This document shows, in pieces, positions 1 through 13,028 of a stretch of DNA of 64,000 nt. Position numbers and translations under genes: made by a program. Positions within the stretch are counted from its first letter, which is position 1. Each line of letters begins with the position of its first letter. Origin of the DNA: Macrostomum hystrix (lineage: Eukaryota; Animalia; Platyhelminthes); the NCBI GenBank assembly GCA_950097015.1, contig CATNEN010000012.1, positions 620,001 through 684,000 of the forward strand. The letters are read 5' to 3'. The notes under the pieces are model-generated. The model saw only the letters and a program-made list of their open reading frames with translations, was not told where the DNA came from and made no database searches.

Positions 1-1627
1 CGGTGTAAAATAAGAATTAGGAAGACATCCAACAGCCTACTGGATAGTTGCCATTATAATAAGAAGGCTATTACCCGTATCTTCTTGCTCCCTCTGCCTC
101 AATCGGGCAAACAAACTGGAGTCTGTCACAACGAGTAAGTCTTTGAGTTGCTTGAGTAAGCGACTCACTAAATCGCTTACTCTTGTCCTCTGCAGCATTT
201 CGCGTATTTCATTTTCGCTGTCCCCCTCCGCTTTCAAAACTCAGGGCGGGCATACGGCTTTCCCGTACGCCTTTAACCCCATATGCGGCTGCTAATTTTC
301 TTGCCTAAGGGAGAGGGAGGGAGGTGGGGTGCAAAAAGGGGTGCGAAGAGCGAAGAGAGAGGACAGACAGATAGGATCACTTCTTATCCGGCTTGGGCTG
401 CTGCCGCCGCACAATCTGAGTTGCGCCAACCCCCTCCGTTCTCTGCCAAAGCCACAACCACCTCCTCAATTTCAGGCTAGGCGGCTATGGCTGGCCTACC
501 CCCCACCACACTTGCCATAGCACAAAGTCGGAGTGCCTCTCCCCCTCTCTGGCCACGACCCCACACACCCCTCATTATCCAGCACAACCCCCTCCCTCTT
601 GTGCGAGCGAGCGTTTTTTGGGCTGAAAGGGAAGGGCCTGAGGCGGGAGAGGCGCCCCATTCCAACTTAAAAATATAAAAACACTGAGACAGAAGGGACA
701 GAAAGACGGAGTCCCCTTCGTATAACCGGCGTCCCCTTCGACACGACAATAAGCATAGGCAGGCAAGGGCTTTTTTAAAGAGACAATTCTCTCTTGTCGA
801 CCGCAAATCGCTCTGTGCAACGAAGTCGAAGGGGACCTTTCTTGATTCTCGCACATCGTCAAGATTAAGTAACAAATCCTGCTTCTCAGTTCTCTAACCT
901 AGAAGAAAGGAAACGATAAACCTTACTCAAATCAGAGGTAAGCAATCCTTGATGCTGTCTTTCATTGATTAACAGTTACAAAATTGCGTAATCTCTCCTC
1001 CTAACTTCATGAGGCAATTCTAACCATTTCGCCAACTCGTTGGCACTCACAACGAGTACCGTACCGTACATCGGTACGCACCCAGTCTCAGGTGTGTACA
1101 TAATGCCCTGACTTTCTCATCGTCAGTGTATACTCTCCACTGTACCCTGTGGTATTGTGGTATTAGCGAAATTGCATTAACGGCATTATTAATATTACTA
1201 AATACTAAATCGCATGTTCCTAAGGATAAGGCTGCTTTTACTCAGAAATCCCATTTACTCGTAACTGGTGGCCCTAAAAATTAGGGCTCCTGTCTTCTTC
1301 CCTCTTATCCCATTGTTCCCATGCTAGGCTTGGAATAGTCCGTGCCGTACCCATAGCTAGCAAACTCACTAGAGATAATCTTATCTAGTGCAGTGCTGGG
1401 AATCAAACTAGGCATTAAAACGGTTCCTATCCCAATTCTCACAGTTCGCTTCCCGTTCCCATTGCCCGCACAACTCCATTGCCCCATGGGGAGGCCGAGT
1501 AGGGGAAGGTGAGGCGTCGGTGGGAGAGCTCCAGAAGCTCGAATTGGGGGGATATTTTTACACTGAAATGGGAAAAATGCCATTTATAAAATCCCCAACT
1601 GTGCCCACTGTTATAGGAGGTAACAAT

Positions 1628-3319
1628 ATGGACAAATCCAAGCTTCGCACTGGCCTGATTGACGTCATCCGGGCTAACCTGCCCAACTTTGAACGCTCGG
1701 CTCGGGTCACCTGTCTGCTCAGCGTTCGATTTGACGGCTCCGAGGATTCAGCCGTCTTCTTAGACATTGTTGATGATTTTTCGCCATCGGCGAGGACTGC
1801 GCAGCCGGCAACGGAAACAGTGGCCGCTATGGCAACGACCACGGCGGCGTCAGCGAAGGCCGAGAAGTCGTCGAAGCGAAAATCGCAGGCGCCTCAGAAA
1901 ATGATCGCCAACGGTCTGGACTCGTTTGTGACGGCCGCTGTCACCAGTGCCGCGTCTGCGACAACTGCTACAACTTCTTCCGCTATCGGGACTATCCCAA
2001 CGTCGGCGGCCGCATTGTCTGCATCGTCAACTGTCAAGAAGGAGACTGGCGGTGGCGGCGGCGGCGGCGGCGGCAGCTGCGTCGGCTTCTATTTAAACAA
2101 TCCGGGCTTCCAGCCGCACTTCCTGCTGCCAACTGGCTTTCTCACTACCAGCGTCTTCCCGACGCCCACGGCTGTCTTTCAGCCGCAGCCACCAACGATG
2201 TCGCAGGCCTCCACCGTCTCGGCCCATCCGGACTTGTTGAAGGCAACGACTGCTCGCCCAGCGGTCAGATCTAGCCATCAGGAAAATATCGACTTCACGC
2301 AACAGCAAAGGCAGCAGCAGCAGCTGCTGCAAGATGAGGTCCTGCAGCCATCGACACCATCTGGCTCCAAATCTCGCTCCCTGTTTGGTCTTCGCTCTCG
2401 CCGCGGCGGTCACAGGACTTTTCCGTGCAACCAGTGCCAGGAGGCCTTCGTGTCGCTGGCCAGCCTCTCCAAGCACACCTATACCATGCACAAGAGCTAC
2501 AAGTGCACTTTCTGCAGTGCCAGCTTCACCCAGCGCTCAAACTTGCAGCGGCACTCGCTGAAGCACGTCGGCTTCAAGCCGTTCGCCTGCCGCTGCTGCC
2601 AGAAGTCCTACTACCGCAAGGACCACCTGGTGCGCCACATCGAGGTCACGCATCCGGGAAATGAGCCGAAGCGAAACATCGAGACCAAGCTGACCAGCTC
2701 CGAGTGCCTGGAATATCTCGAAAGAAAGTTTGAGAGCGGCGAGTACAGCATCGCCATCGAGCCCGACGGCGAGGGCGACGGCGACGAGGAGATGCCAGAC
2801 GAAGAGGAGCTGGAGGAGCCTGAGGGCGCTGAGGTTGCCGAGATTTCCGGGTCTGCTGTCGGCGGCGCCTCCGCAGATGTTATCGAAGTCGGCGATGGCG
2901 ACGTTGCTATGTCGACACCGACTGCAGCAGCTGACGGAGTCGCAGAGCCAGACGCCAGCGCAGTCGACCTGGCTCCGGCTTCTGAAACAGTCGCTGAGCA
3001 AGCAATGCAAGCTAACAATGCAGTGAAAGTTGACCAGGGCGCAGGCACGGTAGCTGAAGCTGGGCCGGCAGTTGAAGACAGTTCACAGCTAGCTCTGCCG
3101 CTCGTTGTTGAGCACAGTTTTGAGCTGAGGCAGGAGCGTGGGGAAACTGAGGGCATACAGCAGCAGGAGCAGCAGTCGATTGCTCAGCCACAGCGCCGGA
3201 TGCGTCATCAGAAGCGCCAGGAGCCAGCTGCTGACGATCTGACTGTCGGCACTGTGTCAGTGCCTTTACCGGCGGTGGCAGCTGTTGCTGCGGCAGCTTC
3301 TACAGGTACCAGCGCGTGA
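1628..3319 (+). CDS. C2H2 zinc-finger protein (3 fingers), single coding exon, ~563 aa
   Basis: Three fingers at ~2419-2652: FPCNQC..HTYTMH, YKCTFC..HSLKH, FACRCC..HIEVTH. Ala/Thr/Gln-rich and acidic low-complexity flanks. The ORF track starts at GTG 1520, but ATG 1628 follows an AG acceptor (ttatag|, 1615-1616) and marks the start of GC-rich coding sequence. Confidence 0.88.
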   Translation: MDKSKLRTGLIDVIRANLPNFERSARVTCLLSVRFDGSEDSAVFLDIVDDFSPSARTAQPATETVAAMATTTAASAKAEKSSKRKSQAPQKMIANGLDSFVTAAVTSAASATTATTSSAIGTIPTSAAALSASSTVKKETGGGGGGGGGSCVGFYLNNPGFQPHFLLPTGFLTTSVFPTPTAVFQPQPPTMSQASTVSAHPDLLKATTARPAVRSSHQENIDFTQQQRQQQQLLQDEVLQPSTPSGSKSRSLFGLRSRRGGHRTFPCNQCQEAFVSLASLSKHTYTMHKSYKCTFCSASFTQRSNLQRHSLKHVGFKPFACRCCQKSYYRKDHLVRHIEVTHPGNEPKRNIETKLTSSECLEYLERKFESGEYSIAIEPDGEGDGDEEMPDEEELEEPEGAEVAEISGSAVGGASADVIEVGDGDVAMSTPTAAADGVAEPDASAVDLAPASETVAEQAMQANNAVKVDQGAGTVAEAGPAVEDSSQLALPLVVEHSFELRQERGETEGIQQQEQQSIAQPQRRMRHQKRQEPAADDLTVGTVSVPLPAVAAVAAAASTGTSA

Positions 3320-4060
3320 TAAACTTAATAAATTATCGATTTTTATGATGTTTTTCTGTTTTGTTTATTGTGAGCAGTTTCTATTTCCTCTTGGCTTCAG
3401 ATCTTCCGTTTTTCATTCGCGAGAATTTTTTAACTTAAAAACTGTCAGCTATAAGCCTTGTTAAAATGCATCTAAAATATTTATGCTAGATTTATGGCGC
3501 GAATTGAACTAAGGAATTCTAAGAATTGCAACAGGTAGGCATTCCCAGATAAAAAGATTTCCCTTGATTTGCCTTCTATTAGATCAATTCTGTACTGCTG
3601 TTGTTACACATTAACTGCAGACAACTTTTGAGAATTAGAAGTAGATTTTTGTCATTTATTCAAACTTTTTTATGTTTCTAATATTCCTGTTGAGCCATTT
3701 TCAAGCTAAAGTGATTTCATGTGTGTTTATTCAAAAAAATCCCATTCGTGTTCAATGGCCTGTGCTCACTTATCTGCTTTAGGGCTCCGCGCGCGAAGAC
3801 CACCAACGATTTTACGCGCATAATAGATATTCTACTCAATACGCTCTAATTACTAGTAGTAAAATGCGGTCATTAATTGCTTGTTCCTTTTCAAGTCTCA
3901 GTGAAATTTTACGTTTTGTAAGTTTTGTAGTACTTAACATTTGTTTGTCTTTGATAAATTGCACATTACTGAGTTCAACACCAATCAATAAATAATAAAC
4001 AGCTCTTTGTTTATTTATACTGTTTTTGCAACTAGGAGCCAACAGCTATAGTTTTTAATA

Positions 4061-4942
4061 TGCAGTCATGCAGTCAAGATGATTGCAGTCATGCAGTCAA
4101 GATGATTGCAGTCATGCAGTCAAGATGATTGCAGTCATGCAGTCAAGAGATTGCAGTCATGCAGTCAAGTTGGTTGCAGTCATACAGTCAAGATGATTGC
4201 AGTCATACAGTCAAGATGATTGCAGTCATACAGTCAAGATGATTGCAGTCATACAGTCAAGATGATTGCAGTCATACAGTCAAGATGATTGCAGTCATAC
4301 AGTCAAGATGATTGCAGTCATGCAGTCAAGATGATTGCAGTCATGCAGTCGAGATGATTGCAGTCATACAGTCAAGATGATTGCAGTCATACAGTCAAGA
4401 TGATTGCAGTCATGCAGTCAAGATGATTGCAGTCATGCAGTCAAGATGATTGCAGTCATGCAGTCGAGATGATTGCAGTCATGCAGTCAAGATGATTGCA
4501 GTCATGCAGTCAAGATGATTGCAGTCATGCAGTCGAGATGATTGCAGTCATGCAGTCAAGATGATTGCAGTCATGCAGTCAAGATGATTGCAGTCATACA
4601 GTCAAGATGATTGCAGTCATGCAGTCAAGATGATTGCAGTCATGCAGTCAAGATGATTGCAGTCATGCAGTCAAGATGAGTGCAGTCATGCAGTCAAGAT
4701 GATTGCAGTCATGCAGTCAAGATGAGTGCAGTCATGCAGTCAAGATGATTGCAGTCATGCAGTCAAGATGATTGCAGTCATACAGTCAAGATGATTGCAG
4801 TCATGCAGTCAAGATGATTGCAGTCATGCAGTCAAGATGATTGCAGTCATGCAGTCAAGATGAGTGCAGTCATGCAGTCAAGATGATTGCAGTCATGCAG
4901 TCAAGATGAGTGCAGTCATGCAGTCAAGATGATTGCAGTCAT
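4061..4942. repeat. 23-bp minisatellite (GCAGTCATGCAGTCAAGATGATT)n
   Basis: ~38 near-identical tandem copies between the convergent 3' ends of the zinc-finger and PDI-like genes. Confidence 0.95.
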
Positions 4943-5556
4943 TTTAACAAAGAAAAAAATCCGCAAACTTTTGACAGTGCAAATGAGACTAAACACCCGA
5001 TATGAGTAAAACTATCTAGCTGTGATAATTACTTCACGGTATTATAACAGCTGCTAGAATGTACTTCTTAAAAAGAACGAATCGACAAAAAGTTGAGTAG
5101 CTGACCGCAATAAAATTGGAAAATATTTTGGCAACTCTTGGAAATAGGTAAAAAGTTAACAAAGCACAAAGTAAAAAGCTTTGTTTTAGATATTACATCG
5201 AAAACTTGTCCTAACAATGTCTTTAATAGAAATTTCGTAGATAAAAATGTGAAAATAAAAGTTTCGATTAAAAAACATCTGATAAAATTACAATTTTAAA
5301 AAACTCCGAACTGTGGAAGACATCGTTAAAAATGAAACAATTAAAAAAATGATGGATGAAAAAACGTAGTTTATTTAACTTGCAACGCCTTCAGCATAAA
5401 TTGACAGAGGAAAATCTGTGACCTTCACAATAAAAATATATTTAACTAATCTAAACTAACTATTAGCTGAGGACAGCCGTATAGCAATTAATTATTTCCA
5501 ATGCCTGTGAAGTCTGCAGCTCGTAGTTCACAACACAACGTTAGTACCAGACAGCT

Positions 5557-8500
5557 TCAGAGCTCTATGTGTTTGGCTTCCTGCTGAACACTCTCGGCTA
5601 GGAACTGCAACAGGTAGGCCTTACTAACGACATTACGCTTGTATCGAATCACTCTAGGCGATTCTGAGCCGCGAGGTGGCAGCAGCAGAGCCACCTGGGG
5701 CTCCTTGGTACTTAGCTCGATGGCCGATTCGCCTTCGAATCGGTAGTAGAGCTGCCCGGGCAGGTCGTTGAATTTGGTATCGACTCGAACGAATGTCACA
5801 GCGCCCGCGCTAAGCGAAGCCGGGTCAGCAGCGGCCTTATCAAACTCCTTGAGCGACTGCGAGCAGGGCTGCACGGAGAAGTCGCACTGGAGCAGCAGCA
5901 GGCGAGAGTCGGCGACTGACGACGCATCGGCCAGCAACTGCTTCAATCTGTCAGCGTTTGCTTTGAATACTCGATTTTGCTGCTTGCCGTTGGTTGCTAT
6001 GGGAACTGAGGCCGAGCGAATATGCTGAGGCGCGGTGCCGGCAGCGAATGAGTCGAGGAAGCGACGTACAGCGGCCGGGTCGGGGCCGTCCGACTCCGGC
6101 ATGGCGAAGCGACGTCTGGCGACGTCGTAGCAGCCGAGGTTCACTTCGGAGGAGCTCTCGTCGAAGCCGAAGAGCCTGGACTCCGCTGAGTTCTGTTAGG
6201 AGGCGCGGAATGGTGGTCGATTCTGGGGAGGCGGTGGCAAATCAAAGAACAAGCTGCCTCCAAATGCTTCAGTACGACAAGTTTCTTTTGAACTTTTTTC
6301 TACAGATTATACTCTTAGTAACTTCCTCACAGATTGAACTAAAAGACTCAGTAAGCCAGTAAGCACTTTGATGATTCCCGCATGCGAACTGAGAAACTGA
6401 CACAATCTACAAGACTAGAAAGCGACTTACAACAGACTCCTCATCCGCCAGAGCGAACAGTGCCAGATGTTTTCGACCCTCAATCATAGCGGCCAGTCGG
6501 GCGTGAGTCAGCCTTGCCAGATTGCCCGCCTCGCCGCGCCAGTCGCCTGGCAGGGAGGTAAAGAACAGACAGACGGGCGGGCCGGCGCTCATGTAGACCC
6601 TCCTATTGTGCCAGGACAGCAGGCCCAGTTTGGGGAGGCTGCGCTGATCGTAGAAGGCCTTCAGGGCCGGCGTCGAGTGCAGCGGGCCGGGATAGCTGGG
6701 ATTGGCAGGAGGGGGTAAAGAAAACCAACTGTGAGCCAATCAAAACTAAGTAATTAAGTGTGGCGAGAGGTGGGTGATTCGGTAGCAGAGAAGGAGAATA
6801 ACTCCACGAGCCAATAAGAAACTAGAGTCAGAAAGCATTAAAAATGCGCATTACATAAAGAGGATTCCGGGCACAAAGTGACTCACCGCGCCATGCCAGA
6901 TTCACCGCTGGTAAGCAGATTCTGCGATAGCCTGACGTAGATGGCTTCGGCAGTCATGCCCAGTTGCCGAGCGACAGGCCCTGCTAGCAGGCCGCCATTC
7001 AGGCGTCTCTCGTAGAAATAGCCCGACTCGGCTAGGAAAGCAGCCAGGAAGCGCTTGACGGGCTCAGTGGCCTCCGCGCTAGCCACCAGTTGAGCTTCCA
7101 TGCCGTTGTTGAGTGCATCTAGTGGCGCTGTGCTGTCGAAAACTCGAGCGGCTTCGACGCGAAAACTGGTGCCAGATTGGGTCGCATGTGCCCGGTAGAA
7201 TTTGGCGAGGTTTTCGTGACTCAGCGTGTGCGAGAACTGAATGGCCCAGTCCGGCTGTGGAGTGAGGTGGGTGCAAAGCTGTCACTGTTCGGGGAATGTG
7301 TTGCCTGTAATCTGAGCTAGGTGAACTGGAGCAAAGTCTCTGATGTCACCTGCCTAAACAGTGACAGCAGTGTGATAGAGAACCTCATAGTAGCTCGTAG
7401 CTATACGAGTACAGGTTGATAGATTCCTAAATAGAAGCTCTTAGCTCGCACCTCATCTCGGCTAAGCAGTGCAAAAACGGGCACCCGGTCGAGGCGCAGT
7501 CCCAGCCGCTGGGCCATCTCCTTCTCATCGCCGAGGGCATCAGCGTAGCCGATGGCGACCTCGTTACTCGGCCGCAGCTCCGAGGCGGCTGCTCGCAGAC
7601 CATCGAGAGCAAAGTGGAGGCTGGAAGCCGAATTGACATCCACGAAGGCTACCAGCCAGTTGGAGTGGCGAGCCAGCGCATCCGCCAGGCCGGCATCCGT
7701 CAACCGATGCGGCTCGCCGTCTGCCACTTCCGCAGCAACCGTCCGCATGTATTCGGCCACGGCTTCGGGGGCGTCCACCGGCCCTGCGTAGTCTGAAGCA
7801 GCCGGTGAAGCTTGCCGCTTGAATAGCTTCAGCACTGGGTCGGTCGCATTGACGGTAGCGCCGTGTTGCTTAGCCAACGACGGCGAAGCGGCGATGTCTA
7901 CGCGACCCAGTCTGATTCGCATTGGGGACTGATGTGATGACTCTGCCAGCAGTTTGGCAGCCGCAGACAGCACCGACTCAGTGGAAGAGCAGTTGCGGCA
8001 GCTGGTGTGCCAAGAGGGATGGTAAAGTTCGTAATAAACTATTATTATTATTATTTCTTTTGACTGATGTAAAACAACTTCTATTAATAAACATCGAGGA
8101 AAAAAGCGCTGTAAATGAACATATAAAAAATATATTTTTAAAGAAGCTTAGATTCTACATTTACAAAATTTACTGAAAAAAAACATATTATAACACTTGC
8201 TTACTTCTGGGAGTAGAACAAGATAAGAAAAATGTCGGCGTCCTGTAGGGCAATGGAAAATGTCTTCTCACGCAGAAGCAGAAATTCACTTTCATCCTTA
8301 ACTTCTGCTGTGGAGCCTAGAAAAAGAAAATGAAATATAAAAAGATAGTCGATTTTTCAAGAAACATATACTGATAGCAGTATTTTTTTCTTAATATAAA
8401 TAGATAAATTCTCTATTAATTAATTTATTTATCAATTGATGGCTGAATCTGAGAGAAACATATCGGAAAACTTCACATATTTAAATAGTATTTAAAATTA

Positions 8501-8746
8501 AAGTAGGATTAAAAATATGCTGGTTGAAAGATATATTAGAATATATATAGAATTTTTTAAATAAAGCTTTATGTTACAAGTCATGTGAATTCACTATTCA
8601 CATGACAAGAATGTAAAAATTATATACCATACTATGTAAAGATTAGAATTTTTCTGACAAATTATTTCATTAACAAAGCATTACGTGTGCTTACTTAAAA
8701 GTCCGAGGACAGAAGCTGCTAAATAAAGAATAAACAATCTAATCAT
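5557..8746 (-). CDS. Protein disulfide isomerase family, ERp72/PDIA4-like five thioredoxin-fold domains, ~660 aa
   Basis: Six phase-consistent GT-AG exons: 8746-8695, 8316-8205, 8001-7452, 7254-6887, 6695-6431, 6192-5557 (1983 nt). Signal peptide MIRLFILYLAASVLGLL, then FYSQNCRNC (CxxC, split by an intron). A b'-like segment SLPKLGLLSWHNRRVY follows, then the PDI-type linker FLDSFAAG..IRSASVP. The C-terminal HIEL resembles a KDEL ER-retention signal. Confidence 0.85.
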
Positions 8747-9208
8747 TAAAAGGCGAGATTCGAATTCGAGGAGAGATATAAAAAACTGACTAGAAATGAA
8801 TTACAGAAAGCGCCGAAAAGGAATGTTTAATACATAGATGTATCAGTTGGTTTGAGACCTTTGTGCTTTTGTTATTCGCAAGGCGAATGTATGAATTATA
8901 AATTTGATAAGAGTTCCTATAAACTCTTGGATTCATATTTACGCCTATCTAACGTGTCGCGATAGAACACATTTTAACAACATAATCATCTTATTTTTAA
9001 TTGTTCGCATCCAATACTTTTTAAACCTTATTCCGTTTCCTTAGATTTGAATTTCTGCAAAGTAATTTTTGAATTACTTTTTATAAATTAAATAGTAAAC
9101 GAGTGCCATTCTGACGATCGCTGCATGAATCCTAAAATATATCGCTCTTAGACATGCATAAATATAATTCTAATATCTAAAGGAAAGCATCTACCTGAAA
9201 GCATTGTT

Positions 9209-10560
9209 ATGGACGCAGGAGGCGAAACTTCTGGTTCCCAACTGGAAGGTACGTAATATCGGTCAATAATTTACTCATTCTACGAAATATAGTTAAATTT
9301 TCATTTTTCACTTCATAATGAATCCACACTCCGCTGCAGCTCTACAGCATGAACATCGCTCTAGCCCAAATGGGCAGGTACCTTGGTGTCATTCTTGACT
9401 ATAGACTGTACTGGTCTTTCACATAAAGGCTAGATACGTACGATGAACAAAATCAGATTTTTGCTGTGTGTAATTGCAACGATAATTGCAATTGCAATTG
9501 TAATTGCAACTGTGATATTCTGTGATACAGGCAGACCTTTAGTAAATTCAGATGAAAAATTCGGGATCATAAACTAAAGTTTTTTATTTTAACCTGCAAT
9601 TTTTCGAACAAAACATTTACTTCTTGCATGACAACATCATATGCATAATCCTAGCTACAATCATGTGTCGCATATTTTGCTCGCACCTATAAAGGGATGA
9701 GAAAGCCATACCTGGAAAGAGATCATGTCTTGGACGAATCCAAACTGAAGTCATTAGATCCCTACAACCTATGGAAGGCCTGGTTCGATCAGGCCTCTCA
9801 AGTTATTAGCGAAATGAAGAGTCCAAATGAGCCGAACCAGATGGTGCTTGCAACATCAACACGGTTAGAAACTGCATGCATTGATTTCTTGCAAGTGCGT
9901 TTTAACGATTAATTACTTAAAAAAAAGAAAAAAATCCGCTTTATTGCTTTCAGTGACGGGAGACCATCGCTGCGCTACTTGCTCCTGAAGGGCCACGATG
10001 AGGGCGGGTTTTACTTCTACACCAATTACAATAGCCGTAAAGGCCAAGAGCTGGTAGGCTGCCGAGGTTATCTGTACAAAGTTATCAGTGCAAGCTCAAA
10101 GCTATATGCACCACAAGTTCTATATTTCTCTTATATACCGAGTCGGATCATCTCGTAGGAGGAAAATCCGAGAGCTTCTATCTGCATGTACTGGCCAGAG
10201 GTGCACCGTATGATCAATATCGAGGGTGACGTCACTAAGGTGACGCCGGAGCGCAGCGACGCTTATTTCAAATCGCGACCTCTAGATAGTCAAATCGGCG
10301 CCGCTGTCAGTCCTCAGAGCAGCGTTGTGGCCTCGCGCGAGACGCTGGAGCTGGCGCGGAGCCAACTGGCTGAGCGCGCCGCAGCCACAGGAGCCAGTTG
10401 CATCGACCGGCCGCAGCATTGGGGCGGCTACAAGCTGGCACCGAGCCAATTCGAATTCTGGCAGGGCCAGCGGGATCGGCTCCACGACAGGCTCCGATTT
10501 CGTCGGCCGTCTGGTGCTGGAAGAACCGGCGGGTGGATCTGCGAGCGGCTGGCGCCGTGA
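9209..10560 (+). CDS. PNPO: Pyridoxine/pyridoxamine 5'-phosphate oxidase, ~236 aa
   Basis: Exons 9209-9248, 9695-9863, 9954-10053, 10159-10560, all phase-consistent. Motifs [68 protein letters not shown]. Confidence 0.95.
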
Positions 10561-10998
10561 CTGGCACCGCTTTACTCTCTGACGGCCTATTGTTTCAACT
10601 TAACCTTTTAAATAGTTATTTATACTCTCGTATGAAAACTTCACGAAAATTCGCTAAATTTGTAGTTGGGCCTAAGCTAAACATATTATTCATAGCGTCT
10701 GCAGGTGATTCAGCCGCCTTCTCAAAACAATTTTCCTATTACAAGTATATTTCTTTCCCAACTATCAATATTACTCGATATCAATAAAAATTTTTTTGTA
10801 TTGTGCGTTTACTTGTTTTTGCTACTGAGCTGTGCTTAAATAGAAACAAAAGAAGACAAAAATAGCCAAGTAGTGGATCAGAATTTCCTATCTGCCAGTC
10901 AGCCCATACTGGTCCGGAAACTGGTGGTTTGGCGAGGAGTTGTCTCCAGTTTCTAGATTCAGAGTCTCAGTGCCCCCACCCCAAAAAATCAATGGCGG

Positions 10999-13028
10999 TT
11001 GTCCCCAAATCAATGACGCTTCTATCCCAAATCAATGACGCTTCTCTCTTAAATCAATGACGCTTCTCTCCCAAATCAATGACGCTTCTCTCCCAAATCA
11101 ATGAAGCTTCTCTCCCAAATCAACGACGCTTATCTCCCAAATCAACGACGCTTCTCTCCCATATCAATGACGGTTCTCTCCCAGATCAATGACGGTTCTC
11201 TCCCAAATCAATGATGGTTCTCTCCCAAATCAACGACGCTTCTCTCCCATATCAATGACGGTTCTCTCCCAGATCAATGACGGTTCTCTCCCAAATCAAT
11301 ATATGACGCTTCTCTCCCAAATCAATGACGCTTCTCTCCCAAATCAATATATGACGCTTCTCTCCCAGATCCATGACGGTTCTCTCCCAGATCCATGACG
11401 GTTCTCTCCCAGATCAATGACGCTTCTCTCCCAGATCCATGACGGTTCTCTCCCAGATCAATGACGCTTCTCTCCCAGATCAATGACGCTTCTCTCCCAG
11501 ATCCATGACGCTTCTCTCCCAAATCAATGATGGTTCTCTCCCAGATCAATGACGGTTCTCTCCCGAATCAATGACGGTTCTCTCCCAAATCAATGATGGT
11601 TCTCTCCCAAATCAATAAACGTTCTCTCCCAAATCAACGACGCTTCTCTCCCATATCAATGACGGTTCTCTCCCAGATCAATGACGGTTCTCTCCCGAAT
11701 CAATGACGGTTCTCTCCCAAATCAATGATGGTTCTCTCCCGAATCAATGACGCTTCTCTCCCAAATCAATGATGGTTCTCTCCCAAATCAATAAACGTTC
11801 TCTCCCAAATCAATGACGCTTCTCTCCCGAATCAATGACGCTTCTCTCCCAAATCAATGATGGTTCTCTCCCAAATCAATAAACGTTCTCTCCCAAATCA
11901 ATAAAGGTTCTCTCCCAAATCAACGACACTTCTCTCCCAAATCAATGACGCTTCTCTCCCAAATCAATGACGCTTCTCTCCCAAATCAATAAACGTTCTC
12001 TCCCAAATCAATAAAGGTTCTCTCCCAAATCAATGACGGTTCTCTCCCAAATCAATGACGCTTCTCTCCCAAATCAATGACGCTTCTCTCCCAGATCAAT
12101 GACGCTTCTCTCCCAGATCCATGACGCTTCTCTCCCAGATCCATGACGGTTCTCTCCCAGATCAATGACGCTTCTCTCCCAGATCCATGACGCTTCTCTC
12201 CCAAATCAATGACGCTTCTCTCCCAAATCAATGACGCTTCTCTCCCAGATCCATGACGCTTCTCTCCCAAATCAATGATGGTTCTCTCCCAAATCAATGA
12301 TGGTTCTCTCCCAAATCAATAAGCGTTCTCTCCCAAATCAATGATGGTTCTCTCCCAAATCAATAAGCGTTCTCTCCCAAATCAATGATGGTTCTCTCCC
12401 AAATCAACGACGCTTCTCTCCCAAATCAATGATGGTTCTCTCCCAAATCAATAAGCGTTCTCTCCCAAATCAATGATGGTTCTCTCCCAAATCAACGACG
12501 CTTATCTCCCAGATCCATGACGCTTCTCTCCCAAATCAATGATGGTTCTCTCCCAAATCAATGATGGTTCTCTCCCAAATCAATAAGCGTTCTCTCCCAA
12601 ATCAATGATGGTTCTCTCCCAAATCAATAAGCGTTCTCTCCCAAATCAATGATGGTTCTCTCCCAAATCAACGACGCTTCTCTCCCATATCAATGACGGT
12701 TCTCTCCCAGATCAATGACGGTTCTCTCCCAAATCAATATATGACGCTTCTCTCCCAAATCAATGACGCTTCTCTCCCAGATCCATGACGCTTCTCTCCC
12801 AGATCAATGACGCTTCTCTCCCAGATCCATGACGCTTCTCTCCCAAATCAATGACGCTTCTCTCCCAAATCAATGACGCTTCTCTCCCAGATCCATGACG
12901 CTTCTCTCCCAGATCCATGACGGTTCTCTCCCAGATCAATGACGCTTCTCTCCCAGATCCATGACGCTTCTCTCCCAGATCAATGACGCTTCTCTCCCAG
13001 ATCCATGACGCTTCTCTCCCAAATCAAT
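10999..13028. repeat. 22-bp minisatellite (ATCAATGACGCTTCTCTCCCAA)n, ~2 kb
   Basis: ~90 copies with interspersed point variants and no unique spacers. Confidence 0.95.

Noticed and set aside
37-875. Retroelement Gag/ORF1 remnant or gene at the window start
   Set aside because: The short ORFs have no diagnostic motif (zinc knuckle, RT, endonuclease) and the sequence is truncated by the window edge, so it cannot be supported.
1520-1627. GTG-initiated N-terminal extension of the zinc-finger ORF
   Set aside because: Non-ATG start in a eukaryote, AT-rich composition, and an acceptor at 1615-1616 indicates this is intron or outron sequence.
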